A DNA stretch of 64,000 nucleotides from Lama glama (GCA_028534125.1 CM052817.1:33792001-33856000), one strand, 5' to 3'; numbered from the stretch's first letter, positions 12,671 through 26,253 are shown. Numbers and translations: made by a program. Notes: generated by a model not told the origin, from the sequence alone.

Positions 12671-14204
12671 GGGTTTTCTGACCATTTTCTACTTCCTTTT
12701 TCCAAAGGATCAGCAAGTGATTCCAAATAGTTTAAATTAAATGCAAAACCAAATAGGCACATTCGTGCCGTCCTTAGGAATAACTTCCAATTTGTAATGT
12801 CCTGGCTCAGCAATAATGTCACCAATTGAAAAATCAGATTAAAAAATAGAAATGTTCCAGTTCTAATAATGTTGTTCGCTTTCCCATTTGGCTTGCATGT
12901 GATATTTTAGGTTATTCCTATCATGATGAAGAGCACTCTAATCTACACAATTTGGGAGCAAGTTGTTGCCTCGGAGAACTTTAAATTGGGTGTGTTCTTG
13001 CCTCTATGTCTCTGAAAACTCTATCTTTCTTAAATGTCATTTGCTGCACTTCAGATATGCAAACCTTAGAGTGAAACCCCAAGAGGCGATGATTTCTTTT
13101 TACAGCCATGATTAGATTTGTCTAAATCATTTGGTCAGCCCAGACGGTTGTATTAAAATCCTTTAAAAAAATGATAGAAACCAGAACATGCTATCTAAAG
13201 TATACATCCTCTCCTGATGTTTGGGAAAGCCAATGACACATCCTTCATATGCAAGACCCTCATTCTCGGGACTGTTACATATGGATAATCAAGTGCCGGT
13301 TACCCATTTTGACATAAACTTGACCTTCCCTCGCTCAGCCGCTCGTCGGAGGAGGACTGGCCCCGAGGAAGGGTGCCCGGATTTGCAGCCTTGTGCAAGA
13401 TTGATAGAGCGCAGTATTCCTGTTCATATAAATATTTTAAGTTGGAAAAAACCCTTTTGTTATTTTTCCCTCTGCCTAAGAAATGCTTCCACGAACTCTT
13501 CCCATAACAGAGCCTTTCTCTGCCTTCAGTAACTCTGCCCCGGGTGACAAGGAAATAGCTTCTTGGCAGAGTTGGTTTTCCACAACTGTTTTAAAAATGG
13601 TGAGAGAATATGCAGAGCCACAGCACTTTAAGGGGAATAGAAAAGCTCCTCGTTTCCTGTAAACTCTTCATCCTTTCTCCTTGCCGTTTCCGGATGTGGG
13701 GAAAACAAACCAGCGCTTTAATATGGAAGAAAGTGTACCCATCATGCTATTAACCTCAGTGAGTCCAACCTCTTTGAAAGTTTCTAATTTCCTTCCCATT
13801 GTGTTCTGGTGCGACCTGTAACCTAGATTCTTAACCAAGAATCGCTTCTTCTGGGAAGACCCCTGTGACCGATTCCAGGCACATGTCTCTTCCTTCCTGT
13901 GGCGTGTGTATATAAGTATGTATCTGTGTGTGTGCATGTGTGACTTAGCTTCTTCCCCCTTTACTCTTCTCTGTTATCTTCTATTTGTTCGTTCAGATAT
14001 TTGCCTCCCTATCCCTCTCAATCTGCAGAATCCTCCAGAACTAGGACTGCATCTTTTTCTTTAGTTTTAATTCAAGGTCTCTAGCCAGAGATTAGGCATC
14101 AAAGAAGAGTCTGATCAGCACTCTTGGGGGAAATGATGTTAGGACAGGAAACCAGATGCCAGGATCTGGGATGGTACCCCTTCCTCCTGATAAGTACATT
14201 TTGC

Positions 14205-14380
14205 TCTGTGATTCTTACCCTGGGCTTCAATGGGTATACGTGAATCCTCTGAAATGGTACCAAAATTTTAGCCAAATTGTGCTTGTGTGTGTGTGTGTGC
14301 TTGAGTACTTTTCTGGGGACAAAGTCTTTAGCTGTCATCAGATCTGAAAGGGTCTAAGATCCTCTAAGGCTTGAGGAGTG
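14205..14380. mobile_element. Ancient hAT-Charlie-type non-autonomous DNA element
   Basis: gtgaatcctctgaaat...aaaatttt...ttttctggggacaaagtctttagctgtcatcagat resembles a short MER-type MITE; a related copy in the opposite orientation lies at ~58840-58995. Confidence 0.45.
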
Positions 14381-15279
14381 AGCCCCCTCCCTCCCCTCAG
14401 TACTGGCAGATAGACAGAGCGAGGACCCAGTGCTTTTCCAGAACCAGCCAAGAGTCTTCCAGATGTGAGGAATTTTGCCATTAAAAGCCTGAGGGATGAG
14501 GTGGAGTTGGGGAAGAAGGGTTCTTATTTGGCCAGAGCGCAAAGGGCAACTTGGTTGGGAGACTCTGGGGTCCTGGAATGCACGGATCCACTTCTGTGGT
14601 TATCACACATGACCCGAACATCCTGTGTGTTTGGCATTCGTCTTCCCCCTCTCCCCACTGAAGCTCTTGCTTCTACTGGCTTTTTTAGACTGTATCCCAG
14701 TTATGCATCCTAGTAACAATGATATCCTGAATATATTCTGGACATTAACTGCTGACATGGAAGCAAATCCTTAGGAAGAAGAAGATTTGGAAGAAGGGAA
14801 AAAGAAAGAGAAAGATACAAAAACATAAAGATACAATATGCAACCAGCCCCTAAATATATAGCAGATTATGACAATGGCATAGAGAGCCTCCTATGTCGC
14901 TTAAAGGGAAAAGAGCACATTAACCTGGAAACAGAAAGATGAGAGATTTTTAAGTGCATGTTTCAAGTAAATTACCTTAGTTCATTAGCATCAGTATTTC
15001 TAGGAACACTTGGGACTGGTCTGAATCAGTCTCTGCTGACTCCATTAGGACACCAATGAGTGTGTAGCTGAAGTGGGATCACAGAGAGCGAGGCTGAGAG
15101 ATCTGTGATTTAGAAGGTGGGCAGTTCTCCTCTGAGAGGTTCAAGTGTCCTTTAACTTCACAAAAACAGGTCCTCACAAGCTCAGCTGCCAAGACAGCCC
15201 CTGGTTAAAAGACGCAGAGTCGGGTCCTTCATGGACCCGAATGGCAGGGACGTTGGTAATTTGCGCTGGTGGTTCTCTC

Positions 15280-15293
15280 GTTACCATAGCAAC
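15280..15293. promoter_or_regulatory. RFX X-box motif
   Basis: GTTACCATAGCAAC matches the X-box consensus GTNRCC-N(0-3)-RGYAAC in non-repeat sequence. Function is not shown. Confidence 0.55.
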
Positions 15294-16159
15294 CACTCAA
15301 ATGCAGGGGAGAGTACATTTGTTCATTTTTACAATTATTCTATTATTTATACTGAGGTATCTTTGAGAGGATGATCTATTTTTGGGGAGGGGCCAGAAAA
15401 GCTATTCCTGAGACAAAAAGGCCATTAACCACAGGTGCCCCAAAGTGGAAATACACGTATGCTAATCACTAGGGCACCAGCCCTTCCCGCCTTGCCTGGA
15501 GGGAGATCTTCAGTCCTGGATGGGATTTTCTGCTATTCACAGAAGAGGGGAATGGCAGGTCTCACTTATCAAACCCCATTTTCAACAATCTGCTGACATT
15601 TCTTCTTTGCCACACCTTTTTCTTTTTTTGATTCAAGATTGTTTTTTTTTCCCACGGTGTATGGTTCGTTATACTTAATTACCTAGAATATGTCACTACA
15701 TCCAAATGGAAAGTAGCTTTTTTAAAAAACTCACCTAAGAAAACTTTTGTTTGTCTCTGAAAACATAATACACAATCTTGGTTTAAAAAGTAATGAATTT
15801 CATTTTTGACAAATCTTGCCAAATAAATGAATAAGTAAACAAGCAAATACATAAGCAAGCAAATAAATAAGTCCCCCAATCCTTTAATATTTAGTGTGAG
15901 TAATTTGATTTACTTCTAATTTTTGCTGATTTGATTCCAGGGATTAGAGTATCAGGTTTAGGAATGGGGGCAATTTCTGCAGAGAAATATAGAGTAAGAG
16001 AAAATTTCAATCAAGGAAGCAGAGATATATGGTCAAAGATATTCCTCTAAAAGGGTTATTATTACATAATTGTGTGATATATATAATTGTGTATATAGTA
16101 ATTTAGCACATGCAGAAAATACAGCACACATGTAATACATGTACATTACAACTGCCTGA

Positions 16160-16500
16160 AAGTTCAAAAATGGGAAATTGGTTTCTCATGGTTTATATAA
16201 ACAACAGAATATCTGCAGCCATTATCCAGTAGGAATGATGACATAGGTAAACCTGTTGACATAGAATGATGCCTATGATGTATTGAGCTTTTAAAAAGTG
16301 AAAAAGGAAAAAAAAAGAAAAATAAAGGGCCAATTAAAAACAAGGTGTATTTTATCATCAAATTTTGCTTTAAAAATCTTCTGTGTCTACCTATACTTAT
16401 ATTTATAGAGAAAAAATTAGAAGCAGAGTTGTGGAGGGTTTAATAGTCGTTATTGCTGGTGATGGGACTGTGTGTGCTCTTTCTTATTTTTTTCCTTCCT
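16160..16500 (+). mobile_element. Old L1M (L1ME-like) 3' fragment
   Basis: catggtttatataaacaacagaatatctgcagccatt...ttgacatagaatgatgcctatgatgtattg, a degraded L1 3' end pattern. Confidence 0.45.
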
Positions 16501-16651
16501 TCATAGATTGTGAGCAGAATCATGATAGGATTGTATCCTGTGATTTATTAATTACCTGTTATGTGTCAGACATTATATTATGTGCTGGGGATATAATGGC
16601 AAATGAGAGACTTGGCCCCTGTTCTCATACAACTTACGTCTTATAGCCAGG

Positions 16652-17250
16652 TATATCAGTCAGAGTTCTTAGTTGCAAACAACAGAAGCCACTCTGCCTG
16701 GCTTAAGCAGAAATCTGATTTATCAAAGGAGATCAGTCCCTGCCCAGAATTGCTGGGAGACCTGTAGAATGAGATTCAAGGCTGAGTTTTTACAAACAAT
16801 ACTCCAAACCGTATCACAGACCTGACCTGCTAAGGTAGCTACCTTTGCTGTTGTTGCCTTTACTAAACAGGAAATGGAAGGAACTTGACTTTACTGCAGC
16901 TCCTATGGCTCCAGCCTCACTGCTACTTTTGCATCGAGAACTTGTCTTTATAACTCCTGCTACTCCTGAAAGCTGAACACATAGGCCGCTACCTGCACCA
17001 GCAAAGATGAAAGTTCCATGATATGTGGAGTCCTATGTAGAGATAATCAGATGATTGCCAGAGCCTAGGTCACGTGTTTGCATCCTAGCTGATGAGGAAG
17101 CTGGGAATTTGGGTTCTAATTTTTGGGTTCTGAATTCAACAGGAATGACAATGGGGAAAAGGTACACATTGACAAGAATGAATTCATAATGTGGGAATCT
17201 CCCCCGTCAGAGAAAGGCTCCTTGGATGATGACCAACAGTCGGGTATCTG
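16652..17250 (-). mobile_element. Old MLT1 LTR
   Basis: tatatcagtcagagttcttagttgcaaacaacagaagccactctgcctggcttaagcagaaa...gagcctaggtcacgtg. Confidence 0.55.
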
Positions 17251-17269
17251 ACAAAGGTGCTCCTAGGCC

Positions 17270-17740
17270 ATTTATAGCAGTTGGAACTTTTGAAGTTACA
17301 TGTGATGGAAACCCAGGTTTCATTACAAACAAGGTGAAGAAAAAGAGGAAATTAATTTACTCACAAAACTAAAAAAGTCCAGATTCATACTGGTTTCTGT
17401 TGTGCTTGGATGAAGGGCCTCAAATGATGTCATCAGTTATCAGTCTCTCTCTTTCACGTCAGATTCACTTGGAGAGCACGATGGCCCCTAGGACTCACAC
17501 AGCATCACCTGAGAATTATCAGCAGAAATAGAACATTTCTTCAGGCATGAAGGACTTTGGTCAATCCAGTTTGGATCATATGCCCATCCTCCAACAATCA
17601 CGTGACAAGGGTTCTAGGTCACACACACATCCTTGATCCAGTCATATGTCAGGGACCTGGGTCATATGCCCACTTTATGGCGGGGGGTGTGATGGTGTCA
17701 ACTCCTCTCCAAATATAGGTTAGGTTCCCCTCAGATAAAA
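17270..17740 (-). mobile_element. MLT1J-like LTR
   Basis: gttacatgtgatggaaaccca...ggatgaagggcctcaaatgatgtcatcag...ttggatcatatgcccatcctccaacaatcac. Confidence 0.6.
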
Positions 17741-17741
17741 G

Positions 17742-17952
17742 TTATATCCTGGTTCCACCACTTACTAGCTCTATCATCTTGGGTAAGTCACTTAATTTCT
17801 CTGAGCTTCAGTTTTCTCATCTGCAAAATGGGAATAATAAGAGTGTCCACTTCATAAGGTTGTTATAAAGTTTAAAAGAATTCTTATCTGTAAAGCACAG
17901 GAAAAATGTTGGGCATGTAATTAGCAGTCACGTAAGTTTTTGCTATTACAAT
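17742..17952 (+). mobile_element. MIR SINE
   Basis: Well-preserved core ccaccacttactagctctatcatcttgggtaagtcacttaatttctctgagcttcagttttctcatctgcaaaatgggaataata. Confidence 0.85.
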
Positions 17953-18359
17953 TCTATTCTGTTAGAAGAAGGGGAAGAAATAACAGGGAGGTGAAACCTA
18001 CACATTTCAACCACAACCTGGATCAGGCAGCTGAAAATGTGAGTCTGGAGTTTGAAAAGAGGTCTTGGTCAGTCTGCTGAATGCAAGAGTTCTCTCAATT
18101 ACAGTGCTCCAGGAAGACAGGAGAGCTTCTGACTTCTTGAGGGAGAAAGTATGGAGGAGCAGGGAGATGAGGAGGGACAGAACATAGCTCCACAAGTGGA
18201 TGAAACTTACAAACCCATTATTTTTCATATGATGCCCCATTCCTCAGAAATGCAACTTGCCAGTGTTAAAAAATGCTCTTTTTTTGTGTGATATATTCCT
18301 ACCCTGTGTCTAAGTCTTTTTCAGAGTCTTCTGAACTCTATACACATAAGGGATTTTTA

Positions 18360-18960
18360 AAAGATAACAGATCATTTGACCACATTTAAATGAAAGATTT
18401 TAGTGCACATAAGGAAACTACAGAAAAGTTAACATATGGGTGACAGACTGGAACTAAATGCAATGTCTGAAATTGACAGAGATTTGTATCCAGAATATGA
18501 AGAACTCCTAAATCAAAACCAGTAAAAGATGTGAGTAGAAAGTGAGAGTTATTTACCCCAGAGATACCCACGAACGGGTCCATTATGTAATCTGCCAAAG
18601 AATATTCCTAGAAGTGGTATTTTAATTTTTGGAATTTGCAACCAACTAAGATATTAATCAGTAGGGTTTTGATACAGTAGACTACTACACAGGAAACAAA
18701 AGCTCTGAACTTGATGTACAAACAGCAACATGAATAGGTCCTAAAAACAATATTGAGCAAAAAGTTAAGGGAAAAAAAAGAGATCTTTAAGTCAACATCT
18801 CTTGGTAAATTATAAATGCAAATATACATAAAATAACACTATGAATTTAGTAAGGATATAAGCATGTTTAAAAACACAAATATATTAGAGTGCCTGGTTT
18901 TGGGAAAAGGGAATGGGAGGCAGAAGAGAATTGAAAAATAAATGGAAAAATGTCTTCCTT
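18360..18960 (+). mobile_element. Old L1M fragments
   Basis: tgacagagatttgtatccagaatatgaagaactccta; acagcaacatgaataggtcctaaaaacaatattgagcaaaaa. Confidence 0.55.
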
Positions 18961-19169
18961 TCTTTCCATTATCTTCTGAAAGAGAGAGTGTATGTATGAG
19001 AATTTCTCAAATCTCAACCAATTCAAAGGCTGAAAACTTGGAGGAAGTAATATTTTGCGGGCATACAAAATAGTTTCATATGTGTGAAACCTGGATATGC
19101 AATTAATTGGATTACACATTGAATATGCAATTAATTAGTATATCCCTTTGTCTCTTCCTTCAAGTTATA

Positions 19170-19826
19170 TACGGAATCTGCCTATTTCTTTCCAGTTCTG
19201 CTGCTACCACCTTGGTCTAATCCATTGTCTTCTCATGCCAAACTAACGCAGTTGTCTCCAAACAAGTTTCCTTGTCACGCCAGGCCCCACCCCCAAATCA
19301 CCCACCTCCAATCAAATCTCCAAATAGGACCCAAAGTGATCTTGTCAATGCCTCATTCAGGTCTTATTACTGTTTAACTAAGAACCCGCCAATGGTTTCC
19401 CATCTAACAGAATAACCTTTTGTATACAGAGGTCTACAAGGCTCTCCATGACCTGGCACTGCCCCCACCCACTAGCACACCTCTGCGAACTCAGATCCTA
19501 TCTCAGGGCCTTTGTCCTTGTCACTTTCTCAGCCCAGAAACCGAATTCTTGCTCAAGATCACCTCGTCAGAGACATCTTCACTGATCGTCCTCTCTAAAA
19601 TAGCAAAGCCTTTCCTCCTTCCTTTCTATCCCTCTTTACCTGTTTTATTTTCTCCATGGTGTTTGTCACCACCCAACAGAATATTTGTTGCCAGATGCCT
19701 TTACCCACTAGAAAGCAAGTGCCTTGAGGATAGGGACATCTTTGGATTTCCTACTCAATTTTCAGTGCACTCAATAAATTCTTGTTGTGTGAATAAACTA
19801 ATGAATGAATGAATGAATGAAATGAA
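19170..19826 (+). mobile_element. L2 3' end with (GAAT)n tail
   Basis: ctgctaccaccttggtctaatccattgtcttctc...ggtctacaaggctctccatgacctggc...cactcaataaattcttgttg...atgaatgaatgaatgaatga. Confidence 0.8.
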
Positions 19827-20394
19827 CAAGGAGGAAGAGACAGAGACAGGCAGACAAAGGCAGAGAAATCCTGCTCTCTGTTGGAGCCACCATGCTTGAA
19901 GTAAGAATGATTCTTTTGGAGTAATCCTTCTCCTTGTCCTTCCCCCTTCCAGACTTCCTCCCCGGCTTTCTTTCAAGTGTGAATATTGATCGAGAAGCAA
20001 AACAGAGTGGAGGCTTATCCTGACTCTGCTTAGGAAGTGGCACCTACAAGTACTTTCTTATTTCTACCAACCCTGGGAAGAACCTGCACATTTGAGGAAG
20101 CTAAGTACTTTTTCAAACAGGTGTTGACAGCTCCAAAAATAGACATTAATTTTTTCTTCCTATTTTAAAACCACATGTCCGTTGCAGAACATTTAGAAAC
20201 TGCAGGTAAGCAAAAAGTAGAAAATACAAATATCCAGGAACTTCATATCCTGAAATGATATCTGATAATATTCTGATTTATTCCTTTGCAATTTATTTTT
20301 CTGCAGATATTCACTTCTCCATGTTCACACCCACCTTAAAAAAAAAAAGAAAAATGGAATTAAAAAAAAAGAAACGTTATGAGAAAGGTATTTC

Positions 20395-20832
20395 ACTTTT
20401 GCGATTTTCCTTCCAAGAAAACAGAACCTTCGCCTAATTATGAGAAAACCATCAAGCAAATCCCAGTTGAGGGACATTCTACAAAACATCTGACTCTGAA
20501 TCCTCAAAACTTTCAAGATCAATGAAAAGAAAGTTTGAGGAACTATCACAACCAAGAGGAGACATGCAATGTTACATGGGATCCTGGATGCAATCCTTGA
20601 ACAGAGCAAGAACATTAAGAGGAAACTGAGGAAATCAGACTAAAACATGAATTAGGTAGTAACAAAAGATAAATACTAGTTCATTAATTGTGAAAAAGGT
20701 ACCACAGAAGCAGAAGAGATAAATAATAGAGGAAATGGTGTGAGTGTGTGTGTGTGTTGGGGGGATGGAGTGTATGAAAACCCTGTACCAGCCTCATAAT
20801 TTTTCTGTAAATCTAGAAAGTTTATTTTTAAA
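20395..20832 (+). mobile_element. L1MC/MD-type 3' end
   Basis: cctaattatgagaaaaccatcaagcaaatcccagttgagggacattctacaaaa...gggatcctggatgcaatccttgaacag...tttttctgtaaatctagaa. Confidence 0.75.
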
Positions 20833-21539
20833 TTGACACTTGGCATACTACACCTGAAATATATCAGTGCCCTGCATAAAGGAAAAATAAAGATGACTCT
20901 GGAAATGCCTCATGGTTAGGAGAATTTTTCATCGCAATTCAGAATATACCTCCCCTTCCCAATCACTGTTGAGTGAGGCAGGTAGAAAGAGCTTGTTTCT
21001 GGGGAAGGAAAACCCTGAGTTGTGTAATTAGCGCTCTGTCAGATATAGCCTCAGGATTTACATGTTTTGCCATGTTTACGTTTCAGCTTAGAGCTCAGTC
21101 GTGTTATTTTAAGATCGTTGGCCTTTACAGGAAAAGGGAAGCATGGAAAACACATCAATTTTTCTTAAACTACATGTCTAACAAAAATGATTTACATGGA
21201 AGTGAGCGATCAGACAACACTTGGAAGTCAACCGTCCTGCTGTGTCGGTGTGGAATTTCCTTGTTTGAAGAAAAGCTTTTTACATAGTCCATGAAAAGAA
21301 GGTTCATTTCCCTCTGATTTCCTCCTCTGAAAAGGGTGAAAAGTTGGACCTATTTTGCAATCACTTCCCACCCTAAGATATGATAAATAATACATGTGTA
21401 TTTATTCTGTATGGAAATATGATAGATAGACAGATAAAGACATCTATCTCTGTATAGAGGGAGCTATAATACACATGATCTAATTTCTCTATATACACAG
21501 TATATGCTAGATCATATTATGTGTCAGAGCTCTTTCTGT

Positions 21540-24160
21540 CTCTCAAGCATAATACAAATACCCATAAGGCAAACACCCCTGTACTCATCACGCAGTTCAA
21601 GACAGAGAGAATTTCAGCATCTTTGAATCCTCCATTGTACTTCTCCCATCTCTCATCCTTTCCCAGGAGATAACCACTGTCCTGAATTTTATATTTATTA
21701 TTCTCTTGTGTTCTTTATAGTTATTACCAGACCAAAATCTATCTCTAAACAACATCTTTTGAGTTTTGTGTATTTTTGGATTTATATAAATGAAATGAGA
21801 TTGAATGAATACCTCTGTGCTTTGTTTTTTCACTCAACAGTTTGGGTGTTTTTAGTATATGTTTATTTGCTGCTTATGTTTTCTTTTAAATATATTTTTA
21901 TAATTTATATCAACTTCTCTATTGAGTTGCTTATCATTTTCTTATGCAATTATAGGAGTTTTAAAATATTTACATTTTGGATACTAATCATTTGTTGGTT
22001 ATTTATATGGCAAGATTTTTTTTTCTAGTTTTAGCTTATGGCTTTCTTTATTGTCTTCTGAATAGAGCTCTTAACTTTCATTGAATCAAATGAAATTTTT
22101 CTTTATAGCTTGTGCTTTTGTGTCTTGTTTAAGAAAGTCTTCCCTACTTCAAGTCTCTTGAGATAGTCTCTCTTATTTTCTTCTAAAAGCTTCATATTTT
22201 TTAGATTCACATTTACGTGCTTGATTCAGCTACAATTCATATTTGTGTAAGATGAGAGAATTAGCCTCATTTTTTTGAAAGATATTTCTTTGTTGTCTTC
22301 TGATTTTCAATTTTTTTTTTCCTTAAGGGAGGCACTGCGGATTGAACTCAGGACCTTGTGCACATCAGGTACACACTCTACCACTAAGCTATTCCTCTCA
22401 CTCTGTCTCTTGATTTTCAAAGCTGCTGTTGAGTTTTCAGTCTAACTATTCTTTTCCATATGATACATCTTTTCTCCTTTAAAGGATCTTTTCTGTTATT
22501 GTGATCTGTAGTTTAACCATTATGGATCCAAGTTTGGGTTTCTTTGCTTGTGACTGGGACTTCCTGAATCTGATCATTTGTGTCTTTCATCAGTTCTGGA
22601 GAATTCTTGGCTAATATCTCTTTAATGTTACATCTTCCCCACTTTCTATATTATTTCCCTGTGATATCCTACTCGATGTATTTTTAGCCTCCTGACTCTA
22701 CCTCCTGGGTATCTCAAACTGTCACGTAGTCCAAGATACAGTCTCTTTACTGCATTTTTGTCAATTATTTCAGATCTATTTTCTGGTTCACTGATTCTCT
22801 TGTCAGCTGTTTCTAATATGATACATACTACATCTGCTGAGTCTGATTTTATTTATGTACTTTTTTATTTTAAAAGTTCTATTTGACTTTTCTTCATACT
22901 TGCCTACTCATTAAAAAAGCTTTTTAATGTGAAAACCTTCAAATACACTTCAAAGTAAAGAGAATAGTATAGTAAACCCCAGTGTACCCATTATCCAGCT
23001 TCAACAATGAACAATTCACAGCTAATCCTGTGTCCTCTATATCTCTGCCTACTTTCCCTCCCACTCCACATAATTCTGAAGCAAATCCAAGACATCAGAT
23101 CCTTTTATCTGTAATAGTTAAATAACAGACAAAGATTTTCCTTTTAAAACAAACAATACCACTTTCTTAACTTCTTGAAAACCCATTGCAATTCTTTACT
23201 ATCAAATATTCCTAGTCTTTAAAAAAATACTTTCTGGTTCCTTGATCATACTTTTTAATCTCTCCTTTAATTTCTTTGAATATAATTAAATACATTTAAT
23301 TAAAATTTTGTATTTAATTTTCCAAACCTATTATTGCTGTGGGTTTGGTATTGTTGTATTTGTTATTTCTGCTGCTTTTTGCTCATAGTGGGTTTGTTTC
23401 CTCACGTGTCTGGGGGTTTTTGTTTCTTGTTGTTTGTTGTTTTCTTACTGTGAACTTATGGTTAATGAAATTTTTCTGTAGGAAATTTTTGAGGCTTGGA
23501 TTAGTTCCCACTGGAATTAATCATTCCCCCAGAGATTTGTGATTGCGTCTTCCAGTCACCTTGGTTCATTACTAACCTGTAATCATTTAAATTCAGTTCT
23601 CAGGTTAGGTTTTTCAGGCCACCTAAGTAGGTGAATTCTGACACTAAACCTATGTGATGGTCGCCTTGTGGTTAGTAACTCTCAGAGGAGATTTCACTTT
23701 CCTTCTTTACCCAGAGTCAAAGCTGACAGAGGCAAGAGTTCTTACTGGGTCCTTGCTGTGATGTTAAATTTATTTTTCCAGTTTGCCTTCACTGAGGCTG
23801 TTGCCTTTTGTAGGACTTATTCTATGCAAGGGTCTCAATTTGCCTTCCTTGATTGCCTGAACCCCAGGCATTGTCTCCTGTCCCCAGCACATATTTATAT
23901 CCTGTTAAAATAAAAAATTCTTCACAACCATGTATTGGCAGATTTCCTGAAGACAAGATTTAACTTTCATGCCCAGTTACTGCTTTGGATTCATGCCTTT
24001 TTACTATTTTTATCCAATGAGTATTTCTTTCATTTTCTTTAACTCAGCTAAGCATTTAAAATTATATTATGAATATTTCATCCAGCATTTTAAGGTGTTC
24101 TGTACCAGGATTCCTCAGGACAACCACTGTACCATCACATTCCCAGAAAGAGGACTCCAA
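21540..24160 (-). mobile_element. Patchwork of old L1M fragments
   Basis: T-rich antisense L1 text (ataaccactgtcctgaatttt; gcttttgtgtcttgtttaagaaagtcttccctac; tttcatcagttctggagaattcttggctaatatctc); a nested L1MC-like 3' end at ~22915-23215. Confidence 0.6.
22311..22403 (-). mobile_element. Camelid tRNA-Ala-derived SINE (Vic-1-like)
   Basis: poly-T, then ggattgaactcaggaccttgtgcac...ctctaccactaagctat. TSD tgtcttctgattttcaa (22294-22310) / tgtctcttgattttcaa (22404-22420). Confidence 0.85.
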
Positions 24161-25654
24161 ATTATGTCTTATGCCCCACCACGCTGACTGCCTGAAATTA
24201 GCCTCCTTCAAAGAGTCTCCCAGCTGCTCCCGAGAGCTTTCCCACTTAGGGGTTGCCTGATGGGCTCCTGGGTTCAGATCCTTTCCAGCCTGCATTTTTC
24301 TGTTCTGCCTTCTTCATCAGACCATCACACCACTCCTGCTGCTGACCCTCATGAGTTCCTCATTCTGCTTCTGGAAGCTGTCCTTCACTGGACCACCACT
24401 GTCACTACCATTATTGGTCTTGGGCTGAGACACTGTTCTTCCTTTCCTTATTTTATCCTGGACATTAAATTGACCCTTGTCCTCAGTTCTCTAAAGCACA
24501 GAGGGTGTGAGAGAGAATTATAACACACAGATCTGCTGACAACTACCGCCAGGTGCCAGCGCCATCCTCAGGGCTTCTGGGTCACCTGCCTCCCTGCATC
24601 TCTCCAGCCGGTCGCCATGTGACAATGGCTAGCTTACTTTCTAATATTCAGAGCCTCGTACTCATGGCTGGGATTTGGAGTCCAGGCTAATATTCAGCGT
24701 GCAGGAGAGAGGGATTTTCACTCTCTTCTTCCCAAGCCAAGTCCCATCTTCCCAGTCTCTATTTTCCTTTCCAGGAAGGACTGCCTTGCATGGTCCTGGG
24801 AAAGAGGAATTTTTTGTTCTTTCAGAAAAGTCCAAGGAAATAGGGACCTTGCCTCCACTTCCAAGACACCCCAGCGCTAGCCTGACATGAGCGCCTTGTC
24901 CAGCATTTGGACCTTTTACTCTCATGCAGCACCATGTGTAGGACTTTACCAGTCGTGTTTAGTTGAGATTGCACTGAGCCTAGTTCATTCCTTTTTCTGA
25001 TGCCTTATGGATGATGACTTAGAAAAGAAACATATACAAACGTCTCCAAAGACACATAATACTAAAGAGGTACCGAGCAGTCTAAGTCATATTTAGAATA
25101 ACTGCTCTCTAAGGGACGAATTGTCTGCAGAGATGCAGCTTTCTTTCAAACGTCTTCCAAATTGACCTGACTAAACAGAACACTACATTTTAAAATTCAG
25201 GTTACTTCCCTGCACTGAGGCTTTTCTCATGAACAGTAAGTGGAATACGTCTTAGATTTGCATAACTAATAGTTCCCAAAGTGATGGTTGTTCCAGAAAA
25301 AACAAACAAATAAACGAACAAAGACAATAACCTGTCTCAAAAGTAAATGCAAGTCTTCACCTGGGACCTCCTTCTCCTATAAACACACTTACAAAGTAAA
25401 AGCTGCAACCTTCTAAATTGCAGTTTTCCAACCACTGTGTTCATACATTTTCCAATAAAAATCTTTGTTTCATCTGAGACAGCCCTTTACGTATCTTTCT
25501 TAATATATCACAAAACAATGTCTTATTTTTAGTGGACCCTTATTAAACATATGTTCATGCCACACATGAGTGTGGATTGTTGTTAATGTGAATAATTTGA
25601 CTCATAACTTCTTTCTTCCTACCCTTCCAAGGACATGGGGGCTTGATGGGATAT

Positions 25655-25790
25655 GGGGCACTTGAGACCTTTAAATCCCTGCTCTGCCAAATATTGTGTG
25701 ACCTTGGCTAACTTATTTTCTCTAAGCTTCAGTTTCCTTGCAAAAGTGTTGCTATATGAAAGAACTTAGCCAAATGGTTAAATAAATATT
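25655..25790 (+). mobile_element. MIR fragment
   Basis: tttaaatccctgctctgcca...tgtgtgaccttggctaacttattttctctaagcttcagtttcct. Confidence 0.55.
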
Positions 25791-26037
25791 AACACTCTCC
25801 TCTCTGTCCCTCTGCCATCTCTCAGCCTCAAAATGCTAGAGGCCATTTGGCTCTGGGGATGGCTAGGTGAAGGCAGGTCCCAGACCACTCATGCCCACAC
25901 TTCTGAGTTCTATGGATCATTTGTCATTGTATTGTAACATTCCCAATTCAGACATTCTTCTTGGTGGCCCTTCTAGGCATGTGTGGGCTGCTCTGAGAAA
26001 TAAGAAAAGGATCAGGGAAGGCCAGAGACCTATAAAT

Positions 26038-26253
26038 CAATATTTTTCAAAGTGTTGGTTTTAACTCATTAGAGAATCCAGAAATTAATTTAGTGGACAA
26101 CTAGCAGTTTAAAAAATTAAATAGTAAAATAGAAAGAAATGTTCATAGTGAGAGGAAGTAATATTTAGTGAAGCTTTTGTACAAAATGAGTCACATTTTG
26201 TGTACAATCTATACCTTACAGTAGGTTGCATCAGAAAAATTTGAGAAACAGTG
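26038..26253. mobile_element. hAT-Charlie-type MITE
   Basis: Imperfect terminal inverted repeats caatatttttcaaa ... tttgagaaacagtg around an AT-rich core. Confidence 0.5.
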
